From assembly GCF_016026235.1 (NCBI RefSeq), contig NZ_CP065613.1: a stretch of 64,000 nucleotides of DNA; one strand, 5' to 3'. The position numbers and the translations under genes were made by a program. Below, piece after piece: positions 11,070 through 22,803 of this stretch. This DNA is from Escherichia coli. GTDB taxonomy: Bacteria > Pseudomonadota > Gammaproteobacteria > Enterobacterales > Enterobacteriaceae. The first letter of the stretch is position 1, and each line of letters starts with the position of its first letter. The notes under the pieces were generated by a model. The model saw only the letters and a list, made by a program, of their open reading frames with translations, searched no databases and was not told the DNA's origin.

Positions 11070-12298
11070 CTAATCCACCAGAATAATCTTGAGTGCAAAC
11101 AGAGCTGCGACCACCACCACACACAGGTTCAGATCGCGCCAGCGCCCGGTGCACACTTTCATGATGCAGTACGACATAAAGCCGAGTGCAATCCCTTCGG
11201 TGATCGAGAAAGTAAAGGGCATCATCACCGTGGTAATAAACGCAGGCACCGATTCGGTAAAATCATCCCAGTTAACGCGCGCCAGGCTCGAAGTCATCAG
11301 CACGCCAACAAAGATTAACGCTCCAGCGGTTGCGTAAGGAGGAACCATCGCCACCAGCGGTGAGAAGAACATAACCAACAGGAACATAACGCCAACCACA
11401 ACCGCAGTCAGCCCCGTGCGGCCACCCACTGCCACGCCAGAAGTACTTTCAATATAGGCGGTAACAGACGAGGTGCCGATAAACGCACCCGCCACCGAAC
11501 TCACGCTATCAACATACAGCGCCTTATTCATATTGGGGAATTTACCGTTACTATCTATTAAGCCAGCTTTATCAGTCACACCAATTAATGTTCCTGATGA
11601 ATCAAATAGGTTGATCAGCATAAAGGAGAAAATGATACCGGCGAGTTCAAGTGTTAACGCGCCGCTCAAATCCACTTCACCAATGACGCCGCTAATATCA
11701 GGCGGAATGGAATAGACACCGCTAAAATGAACATCACCGAAAAATAATCCACAGCAAGACGTCACCACAATAGAAACCAGCACCGCGGCATGAAAATGAC
11801 GTGATGACAACACGGTTATAATAAAAAACCCTAAAATACCTAACAACACGCCGTGAGAACTTAAATCGCCAATCATCACCAGAGTGTCTTTATTGGCGAC
11901 AATAACGCCAGTATTTTTTAATCCCATTAAGGCGATAAATAATCCAATTCCGCTGGTGATACCAATACGTAAACTTAATGGAATGTTGGAGATCATCCAG
12001 TACCGGATACGAAACAGCGTGAGCAAAAATAGTCCAATTGCACCCCAGAATATTGCGCCCATCCCGGTCTGCCATGAGATCCCCATCGCCCCCACGACCA
12101 CGAAGGCAAAGAAGGCGTTCAGCCCCATTGCCGGAGCCAGCGCCACAGGTAAGTTAGCAAATATCCCCATCGCAATGCTGCCGATACCGGCAATCAAACA
12201 GGTGGTAACAAACACCACTTTCGGGTCCATTTGTGCCGCGCCGAGAATTTGCGGGTTCACAAAAACGATGTACACCATGGTTAAAAAAGTGGTCATCC
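11070..12298 (-). pseudogene. adeQ: adenine permease AdeQ, 3' portion (codons ~37-444), separated from its 5' end by an IS insertion
   Basis: 408-aa ORF beginning MTTFLTMVYIVFVNPQ...; the N-terminus (MNNDNTDYV...ELIAGMTT) lies on the far side of the IS. Confidence 0.8.
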
Positions 12299-13593
12299 CC
12301 TGAGGGATCCCCAGAAAATTTAGTAAACCATTATCATATTGGTATACCGTTGCTGTAGAACTTTCAGCCCTGCGTCAAGTGACAGTGTGTTTAGTATGAG
12401 TGGAGAATGTCGAATCACATTCTCCGCCAGTTTTAATAACGAGATGACTCGCCTGTGCTTCACTGTATTTGCCTGATATTTATGATGTATCCCTTTGTTT
12501 TCCAGGCTGAAACCGCTTAACCACATAATGATACTGGCTAATGTTGCGATCAGACTCAATACCGTGACCCGCCCGGATGAATGACTGGCACCAAACCGTA
12601 GTCCAAATCCCCAGCGAGGATTTTTTCATCCCTGAAATTTTGCTCAATTTGCATTCTACGGCTGTATAATTTCATTACCTGTTTTGGCGAGAACTCAGTA
12701 CTGTTTGTGAAAATAAACCATGGTGATTTCCCGGCAGTACGAGCTTTAGCCGTCACCGATGGTCTGGTTGCTCTTTCCTTCGAGCGTTTAAATCTACGAC
12801 CTTTAGACTTACTTTTATAAAGATAAAAATGCCCTTCATGTTGTGCATTTTTATCTCGACCCAGCAGGCCTTCATCTAAATAAATTGCTGTCGTTGATGC
12901 TTTTGTGCCTGAGTCCGACACCTTTTCCCAGCCATTACCAACATTGTAATAATGATTGCCCAGTACCCGGCAAATATAGGTCCAGCCACGGGAGCGGAGC
13001 TGTTGGAACCATCGCCCCTGAAAACCGGCATCTGTAATAACAATGACATCAGTCCCGGGGGAAAAGCACTCAGCAAGCGATTCCAGAAAACGCTCATGTA
13101 CATCTGCATTCGCTGTCTGTGATGATGGAACGACACAACTCATCAACGGTAAAGAACGCCCGTCACATGCCAGGCTTGCCCGCAAAAGCTGAAAACGAGA
13201 GGCATGATAAGCACTCCAGTCAATGAGTATCACAACACGAGACATTCCCCGCGTAATCTTTTGGGTAATTCGCTGAAAAATGGTGGAAACCTCATTTTGC
13301 AAATGTCGATTCCCCAACAGTCGATCCACCCGCTTTATTTTGTTTTTAACTGATGCCGTACCGGTTAAATGACGCCCGATACTGGTAAGTGTGAGGGAAG
13401 CGCCATTTATTACAGCATTAGTTGCGTCAATCAGTGATTTTTGACGGTAAAGATGCAAAGGGGCCAGTATGTTGTTAAGGAAATTTTGGCATAATGAACG
13501 TGCAGGCATAGTGGTGATCTCCTTGAAATTGTTAGCACAATCAATTAGATCACATCTCACTATGCCTGTCTTGTTTTCTGGGGATTCCTCAGT
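12299..13593 (-). mobile_element. IS4-family, IS10-like insertion sequence (~1.29 kb) inserted in adeQ
   Basis: Terminal inverted repeats CTGAGGGATCCCC (left) and GGGGATTCCTCAG (right) resemble IS10 ends; flanked by direct repeat TGGTCATCC at 12290-12298 and 13593-13601. Boundary is ambiguous by 1 nt. Confidence 0.8.
12320..13509 (-). pseudogene. IS10-like DDE transposase, frameshifted
   Basis: Translation from MPARSL... shares blocks with IS10 transposase (NKIKRVDRLLGNRHL, DAGF, YLYKSKSKGRRF, YSRRMQIEQNFRD). Reading frame changes near 12619-12626 at an A6 run; the C-terminal ~80 codons continue in the adjacent frame. Confidence 0.75.
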
Positions 13594-13707
13594 GGTCATC
13601 CCCGCAATCAATTCTGTGCGGACGGTGGTCCCATGCTGAGGTAGTTTAAATAATCGCGAAAGCGTCCCTGATTCATTACTCACGTAATCGGTATTGTCAT
13701 TATTCAT
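13593..13707 (-). pseudogene. adeQ: adeQ 5' fragment (first ~39 codons) plus native promoter side
   Basis: MNNDNTDYVSNESGTLSRLFKLPQHGTTVRTELIAGMTT runs directly into the IS end; the duplicated target repeats the GMTT coding bases. Confidence 0.75.
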
Positions 13708-13881
13708 TTTTTTGTCCATTGGAGGAGATTTAATCCCTTGCTTTTGTAAAACAAATGACAACAACGGTTCAGTGATAATTATCACATTTCAATTGCACAT
13801 TAATGGATATTCTTTAATAATCTCGCGACGTTTCTTTATGATAAATAATAATCAAATTGATAAAATCAAAATGAGAAAAAT

Positions 13882-15648
13882 ATGAATAATTCTATTAACC
13901 ATAAATTTCATCACATTAGCCGGGCTGAATACCAGGAATTGTTAGCCGTTTCCCGTGGCGACGCTGTTGCCGATTATATTATTGATAATGTCTCTATTCT
14001 CGACCTGATCAATGGCGGAGAAATTTCCGGCCCAATTGTGATTAAAGGACGTTACATTGCCGGTGTTGGCGCAGAATACACTGATGCTCCGGCTTTGCAG
14101 CGGATTGATGCCCGCGGCGCAACGGCGGTGCCAGGGTTTATTGATGCTCACCTGCATATTGAATCCAGCATGATGACGCCGGTCACCTTTGAAACCGCTA
14201 CCCTGCCGCGTGGCCTGACGACCGTTATTTGCGACCCTCATGAAATCGTCAACGTGATGGGCGAAGCCGGATTCGCCTGGTTTGCCCGCTGTGCCGAACA
14301 GGCAAGGCAAAACCAGTACTTACAGGTCAGCTCTTGCGTACCCGCCCTGGAAGGCTGCGATGTTAACGGTGCCAGTTTTACCCTTGAACAGATGCTCGCC
14401 TGGCGGGACCATCCGCAGGTTACCGGCCTTGCAGAAATGATGGACTACCCTGGCGTAATTAGCGGGCAGAATGCGCTGCTCGATAAACTGGATGCATTTC
14501 GCTACCTGACGCTGGACGGTCACTGTCCGGGTTTGGGTGGCAAAGAACTTAACGCCTATATTGCTGCGGGTATTGAAAACTGCCACGAAAGTTATCAGCT
14601 GGAAGAAGGACGGCGGAAATTACAACTCGGCATGTCGTTGATGATCCGCGAAGGGTCCGCTGCCCGCAATCTCAACGCACTGGCACCGTTGATCAACGAA
14701 TTTAACAGCCCGCAATGCATGCTCTGTACCGATGACCGTAACCCGTGGGAAATCGCTCATGAAGGGCATATCGATGCCTTAATTCGCCGCCTGATCGAAC
14801 AACACAATGTGCCGCTGCATGTGGCATATCGCGTCGCCAGCTGGTCGACGGCGCGCCACTTTGGTCTGAATCACCTGGGCTTACTGGCACCCGGTAAGCA
14901 GGCTGATATCGTCCTGTTGAGCGATGCGCGTAAGGTCACGGTGCAGCAGGTACTGGTGAAAGGCGAACCGATTGACGCACAAACCTTACAGGCGGAAGAG
15001 TCGGCGAGACTGGCGCAGTCTGCCCCGCCATTTGGCAATACCATTGCCCGCCAGCCAGTTTCCGCCAGCGACTTTGCCCTGCAATTCATGCCCGGAAAAC
15101 GCTATCGGGTCATTGACGTCATCCATAACGAATTGATTACGCACTCCCGCTCCAGCGTCTATAGCGAAAATGGTTTTGATCGCGATGATGTGTGCTTTAT
15201 TGCCGTACTTGAGCGTTACGGGCAACGGCTGGCTCCGGCCTGTGGTTTGCTCGGCGGCTTTGGCCTGAATGAAGGTGCGCTGGCTGCGACGGTCAGCCAT
15301 GACAGCCATAATATTGTGGTGATCGGTCGCAGTGCGGAAGAGATGGCGCTGGCGGTCAATCAGGTGATTCAGGATGGCGGCGGGCTGTGCGTGGTACGTA
15401 ACGGCCAGGTACAAAGTCATCTACCGTTGCCCATTGCCGGGCTGATGAGCACCGACACGGCGCAGTCGCTGGCCGAGCAAATTGACGCCTTGAAAGCCGC
15501 CGCCCGTGAATGCGGTCCGTTACCCGATGAGCCGTTTATTCAGATGGCGTTTCTTTCTCTGCCAGTGATCCCCGAGCTAAAACTAACCAGTCAGGGGCTA
15601 TTTGATGGCGAGAAGTTTGCCTTCACCACGCTAGAAGTCACGGAATAA
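13882..15648 (+). CDS. adeD: adenine deaminase
   Basis: 588 aa; recognised as E. coli Ade. Confidence 0.9.
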   Translation: MNNSINHKFHHISRAEYQELLAVSRGDAVADYIIDNVSILDLINGGEISGPIVIKGRYIAGVGAEYTDAPALQRIDARGATAVPGFIDAHLHIESSMMTPVTFETATLPRGLTTVICDPHEIVNVMGEAGFAWFARCAEQARQNQYLQVSSCVPALEGCDVNGASFTLEQMLAWRDHPQVTGLAEMMDYPGVISGQNALLDKLDAFRYLTLDGHCPGLGGKELNAYIAAGIENCHESYQLEEGRRKLQLGMSLMIREGSAARNLNALAPLINEFNSPQCMLCTDDRNPWEIAHEGHIDALIRRLIEQHNVPLHVAYRVASWSTARHFGLNHLGLLAPGKQADIVLLSDARKVTVQQVLVKGEPIDAQTLQAEESARLAQSAPPFGNTIARQPVSASDFALQFMPGKRYRVIDVIHNELITHSRSSVYSENGFDRDDVCFIAVLERYGQRLAPACGLLGGFGLNEGALAATVSHDSHNIVVIGRSAEEMALAVNQVIQDGGGLCVVRNGQVQSHLPLPIAGLMSTDTAQSLAEQIDALKAAARECGPLPDEPFIQMAFLSLPVIPELKLTSQGLFDGEKFAFTTLEVTE

Positions 15649-15678
15649 AAAAAGCCCGGCGTCATGCCGGGCAAAAGT
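15646..15678. terminator. bidirectional intrinsic terminator between convergent adeD and uhpT
   Basis: Hairpin GCCCGGCGTCATGCCGGGC flanked by an A-run and AAAAG. Confidence 0.6.
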
Positions 15679-15690
15679 CACCAGTTACGT

Positions 15691-17082
15691 TTATGCCACT
15701 GTCAACTGCTGAATTTTTTTCTCGCGGCGGATTTTGCGTTCTTCCATCACCGCCACTATCGCCATCAGGCAGATACAACCAATCGCGGCGATATCCAGCG
15801 CGGCGAAGGTGCCTGCCCAGCCGGTAAGGCCGAATACCGGCGTCCCATCGGCAATCATTCCCAGACCTAACTTGGCAAAGCTGTCACCAATCAGGTAAGC
15901 AAAGGTGCCTTTAATACCATCGGCAGCGCCAATCGCTTTTTTAGGTACAAAGCCAACAGCAGCCACACCAATCAACAATTGCGGGCCAAAGACCAGGAAA
16001 CCCAACGCAAAGAGAGAAGCCAGATAGATATATTGATTGCTGGCATGTTGATACACACCGAGCGTGGCGATAATCAGCGCCAGCGCGATGCAGGCCACCA
16101 GGCCACGGCGACCGTTCGCCAGATCAGAGAGCCAGCCCCACAGCAGCGTACCGACCAGCGCACCGGCTTCAAACAGCGTAAAGCCCTGAATCGCCACCGC
16201 TTTAGAGAGTTTCAGTTCCTGGAACGCGTACACGGTTGACCACTGGTCGATACCAATACGCACCACATAGAGGAAAATGTTGGCGAAGCACAGCAGCCAG
16301 ATCACTTTGTTTTTCAGCACATACTCAACAAAGATCTGCCACTTGGTCATATCGGTAGATTCAGTCTCTTTGTCCTCTTCGCTGATCTCCTCGCCGAACA
16401 GCTCTTCAGCTTTGCCGAGGCCATAAGATTCCGGGGAGTCGCTGCCGTAACGCAGGCCGATAAAACCAACAATCAGCGCGATAATCGACGGGAAGATAAA
16501 CATGCCGATGACATGGCCATCGAACAGGTAATTTGCACCGAACAGCGCCACACCTGCTGCGCCTGCACCGCCAAGGTTGTGAGAAATATTCCAGAAACCG
16601 AGGAATGTCCCGCGTTTACGACGCGGCGTCCATTTGGTGATGGTGGAGTAACTGCACGAACCGCCGGTACTCTGGAAAAAGCCGCTTAAGGCGTAGAAGG
16701 CAATCATCAGGAACAGGCTAACCGAGCCGCTGCCCATACTGGCACTGAAGCCCAGCATACAAATGGCAGACAGGATAAGCATAAACGGCAGGAATTGTTT
16801 GGTGTTTTTGCCGTCGGCGTAGTAGGAAACCAGCGTTTTACCCACGCCATAAGTGATGGAGAAACCCAGGCCGATCATCCCCAGCTGCGTCATGCTCAAC
16901 CCGTAGGTCGAAATCATGTCGTTCTGCGCGATGTTAAAGTTCTTGCGAATCAGGTACATCGTCAGGTAGCCGATAAAGACCACCAGGTAGGATTGCATGA
17001 ACGGTTTGAACCACATTTTGCGCCGCACTTCGAGCGGAAGGTCCAGGGTCGGCTTGCGAACCTGGTTTAGGAAAGCCAGCAT
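15691..17082 (-). CDS. uhpT: hexose-6-phosphate:phosphate antiporter (MFS)
   Basis: 463 aa; recognised as UhpT. Confidence 0.95.
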   Translation of the reverse strand: MLAFLNQVRKPTLDLPLEVRRKMWFKPFMQSYLVVFIGYLTMYLIRKNFNIAQNDMISTYGLSMTQLGMIGLGFSITYGVGKTLVSYYADGKNTKQFLPFMLILSAICMLGFSASMGSGSVSLFLMIAFYALSGFFQSTGGSCSYSTITKWTPRRKRGTFLGFWNISHNLGGAGAAGVALFGANYLFDGHVIGMFIFPSIIALIVGFIGLRYGSDSPESYGLGKAEELFGEEISEEDKETESTDMTKWQIFVEYVLKNKVIWLLCFANIFLYVVRIGIDQWSTVYAFQELKLSKAVAIQGFTLFEAGALVGTLLWGWLSDLANGRRGLVACIALALIIATLGVYQHASNQYIYLASLFALGFLVFGPQLLIGVAAVGFVPKKAIGAADGIKGTFAYLIGDSFAKLGLGMIADGTPVFGLTGWAGTFAALDIAAIGCICLMAIVAVMEERKIRREKKIQQLTVA

Positions 17083-17161
17083 GGGTTACTCCTGAAATGA
17101 ATACCTGCGTGAGGCATGCATTGTAAAAATCAGCAGCAAATCAGGCCTGAGATAGCGTCCA

Positions 17162-17224
17162 GGCAAAACCTGGAAAATTTCTTAGTTTTGCCGGATATGA
17201 AGTGAAAAGGTGAGATGCATCACG
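17162..17224 (-). promoter_or_regulatory. uhpT promoter region: UhpA-type inverted repeat plus CRP-like site
   Basis: GGCAAAAC-N15-GTTTTGCC at 17162-17192; GTGA-N6-TCAC at 17209-17224 overlapping the uhpC stop. Confidence 0.5.
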
Positions 17225-18539
17225 CTTCGCGCGGTGTCTGGGCGTTCAAAAAGGGCAGTAACAGCAGTGCGGAAACCCCGGCGGCGATAGAGATAACCAC
17301 AAAAAATCCGCTCCAGTGCCAGGTATCGAGTACTTTCGCCAGCGGCCAACCAGCAAGCGACGCCCCCAGATAAGCAAACAAGCCGACAAACCCCGTCGCC
17401 GCCCCTGCCGCCTCTTTGTGGGAACACTCTGCCGCCGCCATGCCGATTAACATCTGCGGGCCAAAGACAAAAAAACCAATGGTGAAGAAGCAGGTTGCCT
17501 GCATCACGTAGCTGGCAAATGGCATCAGCCACAGCGAGCCGACTGAAAGCAAAATTCCGGCGGCGAAAATCAAATTCATCGGCCCACGGTTGCCGTTAAA
17601 CAATTTGTCCGAGCCCCAACCCGCTACCAGCGCACCGATAAATCCACCCAGTTCAAACATCGTCACTGCCGTATTCGCCGTGACCAGATCGACGCCCAGC
17701 GTCTCGGACATATACAAATTGCCCCAGTCGTTGATCGCCGCCCGGACCACATAGACCAGCACATAGCAAAACGAAAGCAGCCAGATATACGGATTCAGCA
17801 ACACATATTTGGTGAGGATCTCTTTACGCGTCAGCCCTGCCCCTTCTTGTTGTTGAGCAATCTCCAGCGCGTCGTGCCGCCATTCACCGACCGCCGGTAA
17901 ACCTAACGCCTGCGGGCGATCGCGCAGCCGCCAGCAGAGAAAAATCCCCACGACGATCGCCATACAACCAGCAATCATCATCCCGGCACGCCAGCCGTAA
18001 TGTAGTGCAGCCGCTGCCATCACAATGGGAATGAGTGCGCCGCCGACGTTATGCGCCGTGTTCCATAATGCCCACCAACCGCCGCGCTCGGTACGAGAAT
18101 ACCAAGCGGTTAACAGACGCGCACACACCGGTGAACCCCAGCCCTGGAAAAAGGCGTTCAGCACCCAGAGCACGGCAAACGCCCATAGCGACGTCGAGAA
18201 GCCAAACAGAATGTTGATGATGCCCGTGGCAATAAGCCCTATCCCCATAAAATAACGGGCATTTGAACGATCGCTGACAATGCCGGAGACAAACTTCGAC
18301 ACGCCGTAAGTAATGTAAAACAGGGTCGCTAACAGGCCGATATCGCTACGGCTGAGCACGCCGTTAGCAAGGATTTCTGGTACGGCGGCGTTAAAACTTT
18401 TACGCGTGAAGTAAAACAGCGCGTAACCCAGCCAGATGGTCAGCAGAATATGCCGACGCCAGTAGCGATAACGGGCATCAATTTCATGTTTATCAGTCAT
18501 TAATGGCGCATCGGCAGGCGCTTTCAGAAACGGCAACAT
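17220..18539 (-). CDS. uhpC: membrane sensor of external glucose-6-phosphate (UhpT paralogue)
   Basis: 439/440 aa; recognised as UhpC. Start is one of two adjacent Met codons. Confidence 0.9.
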   Translation of the reverse strand: MLPFLKAPADAPLMTDKHEIDARYRYWRRHILLTIWLGYALFYFTRKSFNAAVPEILANGVLSRSDIGLLATLFYITYGVSKFVSGIVSDRSNARYFMGIGLIATGIINILFGFSTSLWAFAVLWVLNAFFQGWGSPVCARLLTAWYSRTERGGWWALWNTAHNVGGALIPIVMAAAALHYGWRAGMMIAGCMAIVVGIFLCWRLRDRPQALGLPAVGEWRHDALEIAQQQEGAGLTRKEILTKYVLLNPYIWLLSFCYVLVYVVRAAINDWGNLYMSETLGVDLVTANTAVTMFELGGFIGALVAGWGSDKLFNGNRGPMNLIFAAGILLSVGSLWLMPFASYVMQATCFFTIGFFVFGPQMLIGMAAAECSHKEAAGAATGFVGLFAYLGASLAGWPLAKVLDTWHWSGFFVVISIAAGVSALLLLPFLNAQTPREA

Positions 18540-18548
18540 CATCGAACC

Positions 18549-20051
18549 TTAGACATAACGTTGAGGTAGAGAAACGCTGACACGCGTGCCGTGCAGACAG
18601 GAAATGTGTAATGTGCCGCCCAGCGCCGTTACGCGCTCGCGCATTCCGGTGAGGCCAAAACCTTGTTGCCCGAAACCCGGCGGCAAACCGCTGCCATCGT
18701 CTTCAATCACCAGCATCAACCGTTCATCCTGCTGCCAGCCTTGCAGCGTGACCGCGCTGGCATCAGCATGTTTCACAATGTTGTTCAGCCCTTCCTGGCA
18801 GACACGAAACAGCGTCACGCGCTGGTTTTCACTTAATGCTGATTCATCGATTCGCCATTCGAGATGGCTGACAATGCCGCGCCCTTCCAGCTCCATTTCC
18901 CGCATCAGTGAGCGGATGGCCTGCTCCAGGGTGAGATCATCCAACTGGCGCGGACGTAACCGTCCTAATAAACGGCGCACCGCGTCGTAAACGCCCAGCG
19001 ACAGTTGTTCGATGAGCTGTCCGCTCTGCTTCACACTGGCGTTATCTGCCGCCAGTCGCTGAACAATGCCCGCCTGAGTACGAATAGCAGTGATGGTCTG
19101 ACCGATATCATCATGCAGCTCACGCGCCACATCACGACGCACGCTCTCTTCGGTTTCCAGCAACCGTTCAGCCAGATGCTGATTGCGCGCCAGTTCCTTT
19201 TGCAGCGACTGGTTAAGTTCACGCAACCGCTGGATGCCAGCGCCCAGTAACAACCCTGTCAGACTTTGCACCAGCAACGAGAGCAATAAATCCACCGGAT
19301 GATCGCGCCAGGTTTGACTGGCGATCAGCGCGATGGCGTTCATCAACGTCGCGATCAGCGCCCCTTGCCAACCGTAGTGCCAGGCCAGCGCGATAATCGG
19401 CAGCGCCAGGCAGAATGGCGTAAAGCGCGACAGTTCGTCCGGCAATCCCAACTGGAGCCAGAGACTAATAACAAACAACAGCAAGTACCAGACCAGATGC
19501 CGCCCGCGCCAGTTGATCGGTTGAGAAACCAGTGACGGGCCGAGCGGCAGCCAGGTGTTATTGGCGAGATAGTGCCAGAACACCAGACATATCGGGGCCA
19601 GCGTCAGGCCGCCAGTTAAAGTCAGCAACAGCGCATTCCACGACTCTTTGCCGTGCCAAAGCCAGGGCAGCGACTGCAACAACGCCGCCGCCGTTAACGC
19701 CGTCCCCTGTAACAGCAAGGTGCGCCAGTCACGCTGATGGCGATAGCGCGAGATCAGCGCTACGGGCAGTAACGTCAGTAAACTACCGATCATCAATAAC
19801 GGAAAATGGGTTAAACCGACCGCCTGCGTTAGCCAGTAAATCAGCAGCCATTCCGCACCCAGCAATACGGGCCAGTATCCGCGCGGGCATTGCAGCATTA
19901 GCCCTAGCCGCAGACCAAACGGAAATAACAGCACCGCCATATCAGGGCGCTCAACCAGGTGCAGGCTGATACTCCACAGGCAAAACCATGCGGCAGAGAA
20001 GATAAAAAAGCAGGCAATAACGGTAATTAAGCGGGAGAACAACGTCTTCAT
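18549..20051 (-). CDS. uhpB: sensor histidine kinase
   Basis: 500 aa with N-terminal membrane domain and C-terminal HisKA_3/HATPase region; stop/start overlap ATGA with uhpA. Confidence 0.9.
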   Translation of the reverse strand: MKTLFSRLITVIACFFIFSAAWFCLWSISLHLVERPDMAVLLFPFGLRLGLMLQCPRGYWPVLLGAEWLLIYWLTQAVGLTHFPLLMIGSLLTLLPVALISRYRHQRDWRTLLLQGTALTAAALLQSLPWLWHGKESWNALLLTLTGGLTLAPICLVFWHYLANNTWLPLGPSLVSQPINWRGRHLVWYLLLFVISLWLQLGLPDELSRFTPFCLALPIIALAWHYGWQGALIATLMNAIALIASQTWRDHPVDLLLSLLVQSLTGLLLGAGIQRLRELNQSLQKELARNQHLAERLLETEESVRRDVARELHDDIGQTITAIRTQAGIVQRLAADNASVKQSGQLIEQLSLGVYDAVRRLLGRLRPRQLDDLTLEQAIRSLMREMELEGRGIVSHLEWRIDESALSENQRVTLFRVCQEGLNNIVKHADASAVTLQGWQQDERLMLVIEDDGSGLPPGFGQQGFGLTGMRERVTALGGTLHISCLHGTRVSVSLPQRYV

Positions 20052-20641
20052 CACCAGCCATCAAACATGCGGCGCGCCAGTTCTACGTCGTTACTGACGC
20101 CCAGTTTTTCCATCAGATTGGCGCGATGGACGTGTACCGTTTTCGGTGACAAGCCCAGTTCGGCGGCAATCTCTTTCACCGCCATTCCTTGCGCCAGTTT
20201 TTCCGCCACCTGGCGTTCACGTTTGGTTAGCGGGTCCTGACGACCGGATGCCAGTTTAATGGCAATATCCGCCGTCAGATAACAGCCGCCCGTGGCAACC
20301 GTATGCACCGCAGCAATGAGTTCATCCGGGCTACAGCGTTTGGAAAGAAAGCCACGTGCCCCCGCGTTAAGCGCCTGCTCAACCAGCGCAGGACTGTCGT
20401 GAACGGAGAGCATAATCGTCGCCATACCTTTCGGCAGCTGGCTTAGCAGCTCCAGACCGGAGATATCGGGCATGGAGATATCGCAAATACACACCTGCAC
20501 ACCGCGCCCCGGCAGCCCCGCCAGCGCCTCGCGCCCCGAACCAAACTCGGCAACTACCTGCAAATCAGGTTCCAGCCCCAGCAGCTGCGCAAAGCCGGAG
20601 CGGACGATGAGGTGATCGTCTATAAGGGCAACGGTGATCAT
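20051..20641 (-). CDS. uhpA: response regulator (NarL/FixJ family)
   Basis: Trimmed to [10 protein letters not shown]... (196 aa); receiver domain plus LuxR-type HTH. Confidence 0.9.
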   Translation of the reverse strand: MITVALIDDHLIVRSGFAQLLGLEPDLQVVAEFGSGREALAGLPGRGVQVCICDISMPDISGLELLSQLPKGMATIMLSVHDSPALVEQALNAGARGFLSKRCSPDELIAAVHTVATGGCYLTADIAIKLASGRQDPLTKRERQVAEKLAQGMAVKEIAAELGLSPKTVHVHRANLMEKLGVSNDVELARRMFDGW

Positions 20642-20715
20642 GGTCTTGTCCTGGCGGGTAAAAAAAAACGCGCTTACCTTAACGATAAGCGCGATGTTGT
20701 TCAAGCCTTGAGCGG

Positions 20716-21006
20716 TTACTGAAAAAACACCGCGATCTTGTTAAACATCGTCGGATCGGACTGATTACGCTGCACTTTCACGACATCTTCCAGCTTATCG
20801 ATTTGGCTTATCATCTGCTCCAGACGCTGGTCGTCATTGACCAGTAGCCAGATATGGCTTTTGTCGCTGTCCTGAATCGGCAGACAAAGAATGCCTTCAA
20901 CGTTAAAAGCGCGGCGGGCAAAAAGGCCACAAACGTGGGTCATTACGCCCGGATGGTTGCGAACGGTGAGCTCCAGAATTACGTTGTTATGAGTTGTGTT
21001 TTGCAT
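20716..21006 (-). CDS. ilvN: acetolactate synthase I small (regulatory) subunit
   Basis: 96 aa; recognised as IlvN. Confidence 0.9.
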   Translation of the reverse strand: MQNTTHNNVILELTVRNHPGVMTHVCGLFARRAFNVEGILCLPIQDSDKSHIWLLVNDDQRLEQMISQIDKLEDVVKVQRNQSDPTMFNKIAVFFQ

Positions 21007-21009
21007 GGC

Positions 21010-22698
21010 TTATTCCCCCACCATTTCAGTATTCGCCGCACCTGGCGGCACCATCGGGTAAACTTTTTCTTCGGCATCAATGCGCACATGGATCAGCGCC
21101 GGGCCAGGGCGATTGATGATTTCCTGCAATGCAGCCTGCGGATCGGCTTCGTTATTCAAATCACAGGTTTCGAGGCCGAATCCGGCGGCAATCTGCATAA
21201 AGTTGATTTTGCCCGGATAGGTGGCGGCAAAAACGCCTTGCTCGTAGAACAGACTCTGTTGCTGATGCACCAGCCCCAGCGCTTCGTTGTTCATCAGAAT
21301 GATTTTGACATCCAGCTGATTTTCACTGGCGGTCGCCATCTCCTGAATATTCATCATCAGGCTGCCGTCGCCGGAGAAACACAACACTTTGCGATCCAGG
21401 TTCGCCAGCGCCGCGCCAATCGCCGCAGGCAGGCCAAAACCCATCGTGCCCAGCCCACCGGAGGTCAGCCACTGGCGTGGGCGATTGAGCGGATAAGCTT
21501 GCGCGGTCCACATCTGATGCTGACCCACATCGGTGGTGATAATCGCATTGTCATCGACACAGGCGGCAACGGCGTTGATCAGGCCGTAATGGCTTAATGG
21601 ATCGCACGCTTTCGGGATTGGACACGGGAATTCGCGCTGCAAATCCGCTACCAACTGGTGCCACTCTGCACGCGGTTGCGCTTCCACCTGCGGGATCAAT
21701 TGCGCCAGCACGTCATCAACATCAGCCTGAATCGCCACATGCGGCTGCTTGATTTTACCCAGCTCTGCGCGATCGATATCGACATGAATAATTTTGGCAT
21801 TCGGACAGAACTGCTCGGTTTTGCCAATCGCCCGGTCATCAAAACGCGCACCGAGCACTATCAACAAATCCGCCTCCTGCAAAATATAGTTGGTGCTGCG
21901 CACGCCGTGCATCCCCAGCATACCCAGCGACAACGGATGCGCTTTTGGCAACATGCCCAGCGCCATTAAAGTCATGGTGGTAGGCAGTTGCGCTTTCTCC
22001 GCCAGTTCACGCACCCGTGCGGGCGCATTGATCACACCGCCGCCCAGATAAAGCACCGGGCGTTTGGCAGCGTTAATCATCGCCGCTGCGTCACGAATGC
22101 TTTCTTCGCTAAAGGCGGGGGCGGCGGCTTTTTCTGCCATAGCGGGCTGTGTTTCAATCTCAAAAACTGCCGTTTGCACATCCTTAGGAATGTCTATCCA
22201 CACCGGGCCTGGGCGGCCTGATTGCGCAATGCGGAAGGCATCGCTCATGACCTGCGGGAGTTCTTCGATATGTCTGACCAGATAGTTGTGTTTGGTGATG
22301 GGGATAGAGATGCCGTAGGTGTCCACTTCCTGGAAGGCGTCGGTGCCGATCATCGAGGCGAGAACCTGACCGGTGATGCAAATCAGCGGGATGGAGTCCA
22401 GCCGCGCATCGGCAATGGCGGTCACCAGGTTAGTCGCACCCGGTCCGCTACAGGCCATACAGACCGCCGGTTTACCGTCGGTGCGCGCCATCCCCTGAGC
22501 GATAAATCCCGCGCCCTGTTCATGACGGGCCAGAATATGGCGGATTTGCGTGCTTTGGCTTAAGGCATCGTAAACAGGCAGGATAGAACCGCCCGGAATG
22601 CCCGTCACAATCTTAATGCCCTGCTGTTCCAGGAAATGAACGATAAATTCTGCGCCGGTAAAGCGCTTACGCGTCGATGTTGTGCCCGAACTTGCCAT
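21010..22698 (-). CDS. ilvB: acetolactate synthase I large subunit
   Basis: 562 aa, ThDP-dependent enzyme; recognised as IlvB. Confidence 0.95.
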   Translation of the reverse strand: MASSGTTSTRKRFTGAEFIVHFLEQQGIKIVTGIPGGSILPVYDALSQSTQIRHILARHEQGAGFIAQGMARTDGKPAVCMACSGPGATNLVTAIADARLDSIPLICITGQVLASMIGTDAFQEVDTYGISIPITKHNYLVRHIEELPQVMSDAFRIAQSGRPGPVWIDIPKDVQTAVFEIETQPAMAEKAAAPAFSEESIRDAAAMINAAKRPVLYLGGGVINAPARVRELAEKAQLPTTMTLMALGMLPKAHPLSLGMLGMHGVRSTNYILQEADLLIVLGARFDDRAIGKTEQFCPNAKIIHVDIDRAELGKIKQPHVAIQADVDDVLAQLIPQVEAQPRAEWHQLVADLQREFPCPIPKACDPLSHYGLINAVAACVDDNAIITTDVGQHQMWTAQAYPLNRPRQWLTSGGLGTMGFGLPAAIGAALANLDRKVLCFSGDGSLMMNIQEMATASENQLDVKIILMNNEALGLVHQQQSLFYEQGVFAATYPGKINFMQIAAGFGLETCDLNNEADPQAALQEIINRPGPALIHVRIDAEEKVYPMVPPGAANTEMVGE

Positions 22699-22745
22699 GC
22701 TCCAGTCCTTTTCTTCTGGGCCGACTTTCCGGGAGGTGCTTAAAC

Positions 22746-22780
22746 GAAAAACCCCGCCCGGTTTGCGCCGGCGGGGTTTT
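22746..22780 (-). terminator. ilvB attenuator (leader terminator)
   Basis: GC-rich hairpin CCCCGCCGGCGCAAACCGGGCGGGG followed by a U-run on the minus strand, between ivbL and ilvB. Confidence 0.7.
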
Positions 22781-22803
22781 GGAATCGTGTGTTGTTCCAG
22801 TCC

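Noticed and set aside
12320-13509. Two-ORF transposase arrangement read as an IS3-style orfA/orfB programmed frameshift.
   Set aside because: Similarity is to IS10/IS4-type transposases, which are single-ORF. The break falls inside conserved C-terminal sequence at a homopolymer, so it looks like a mutation or sequencing error.
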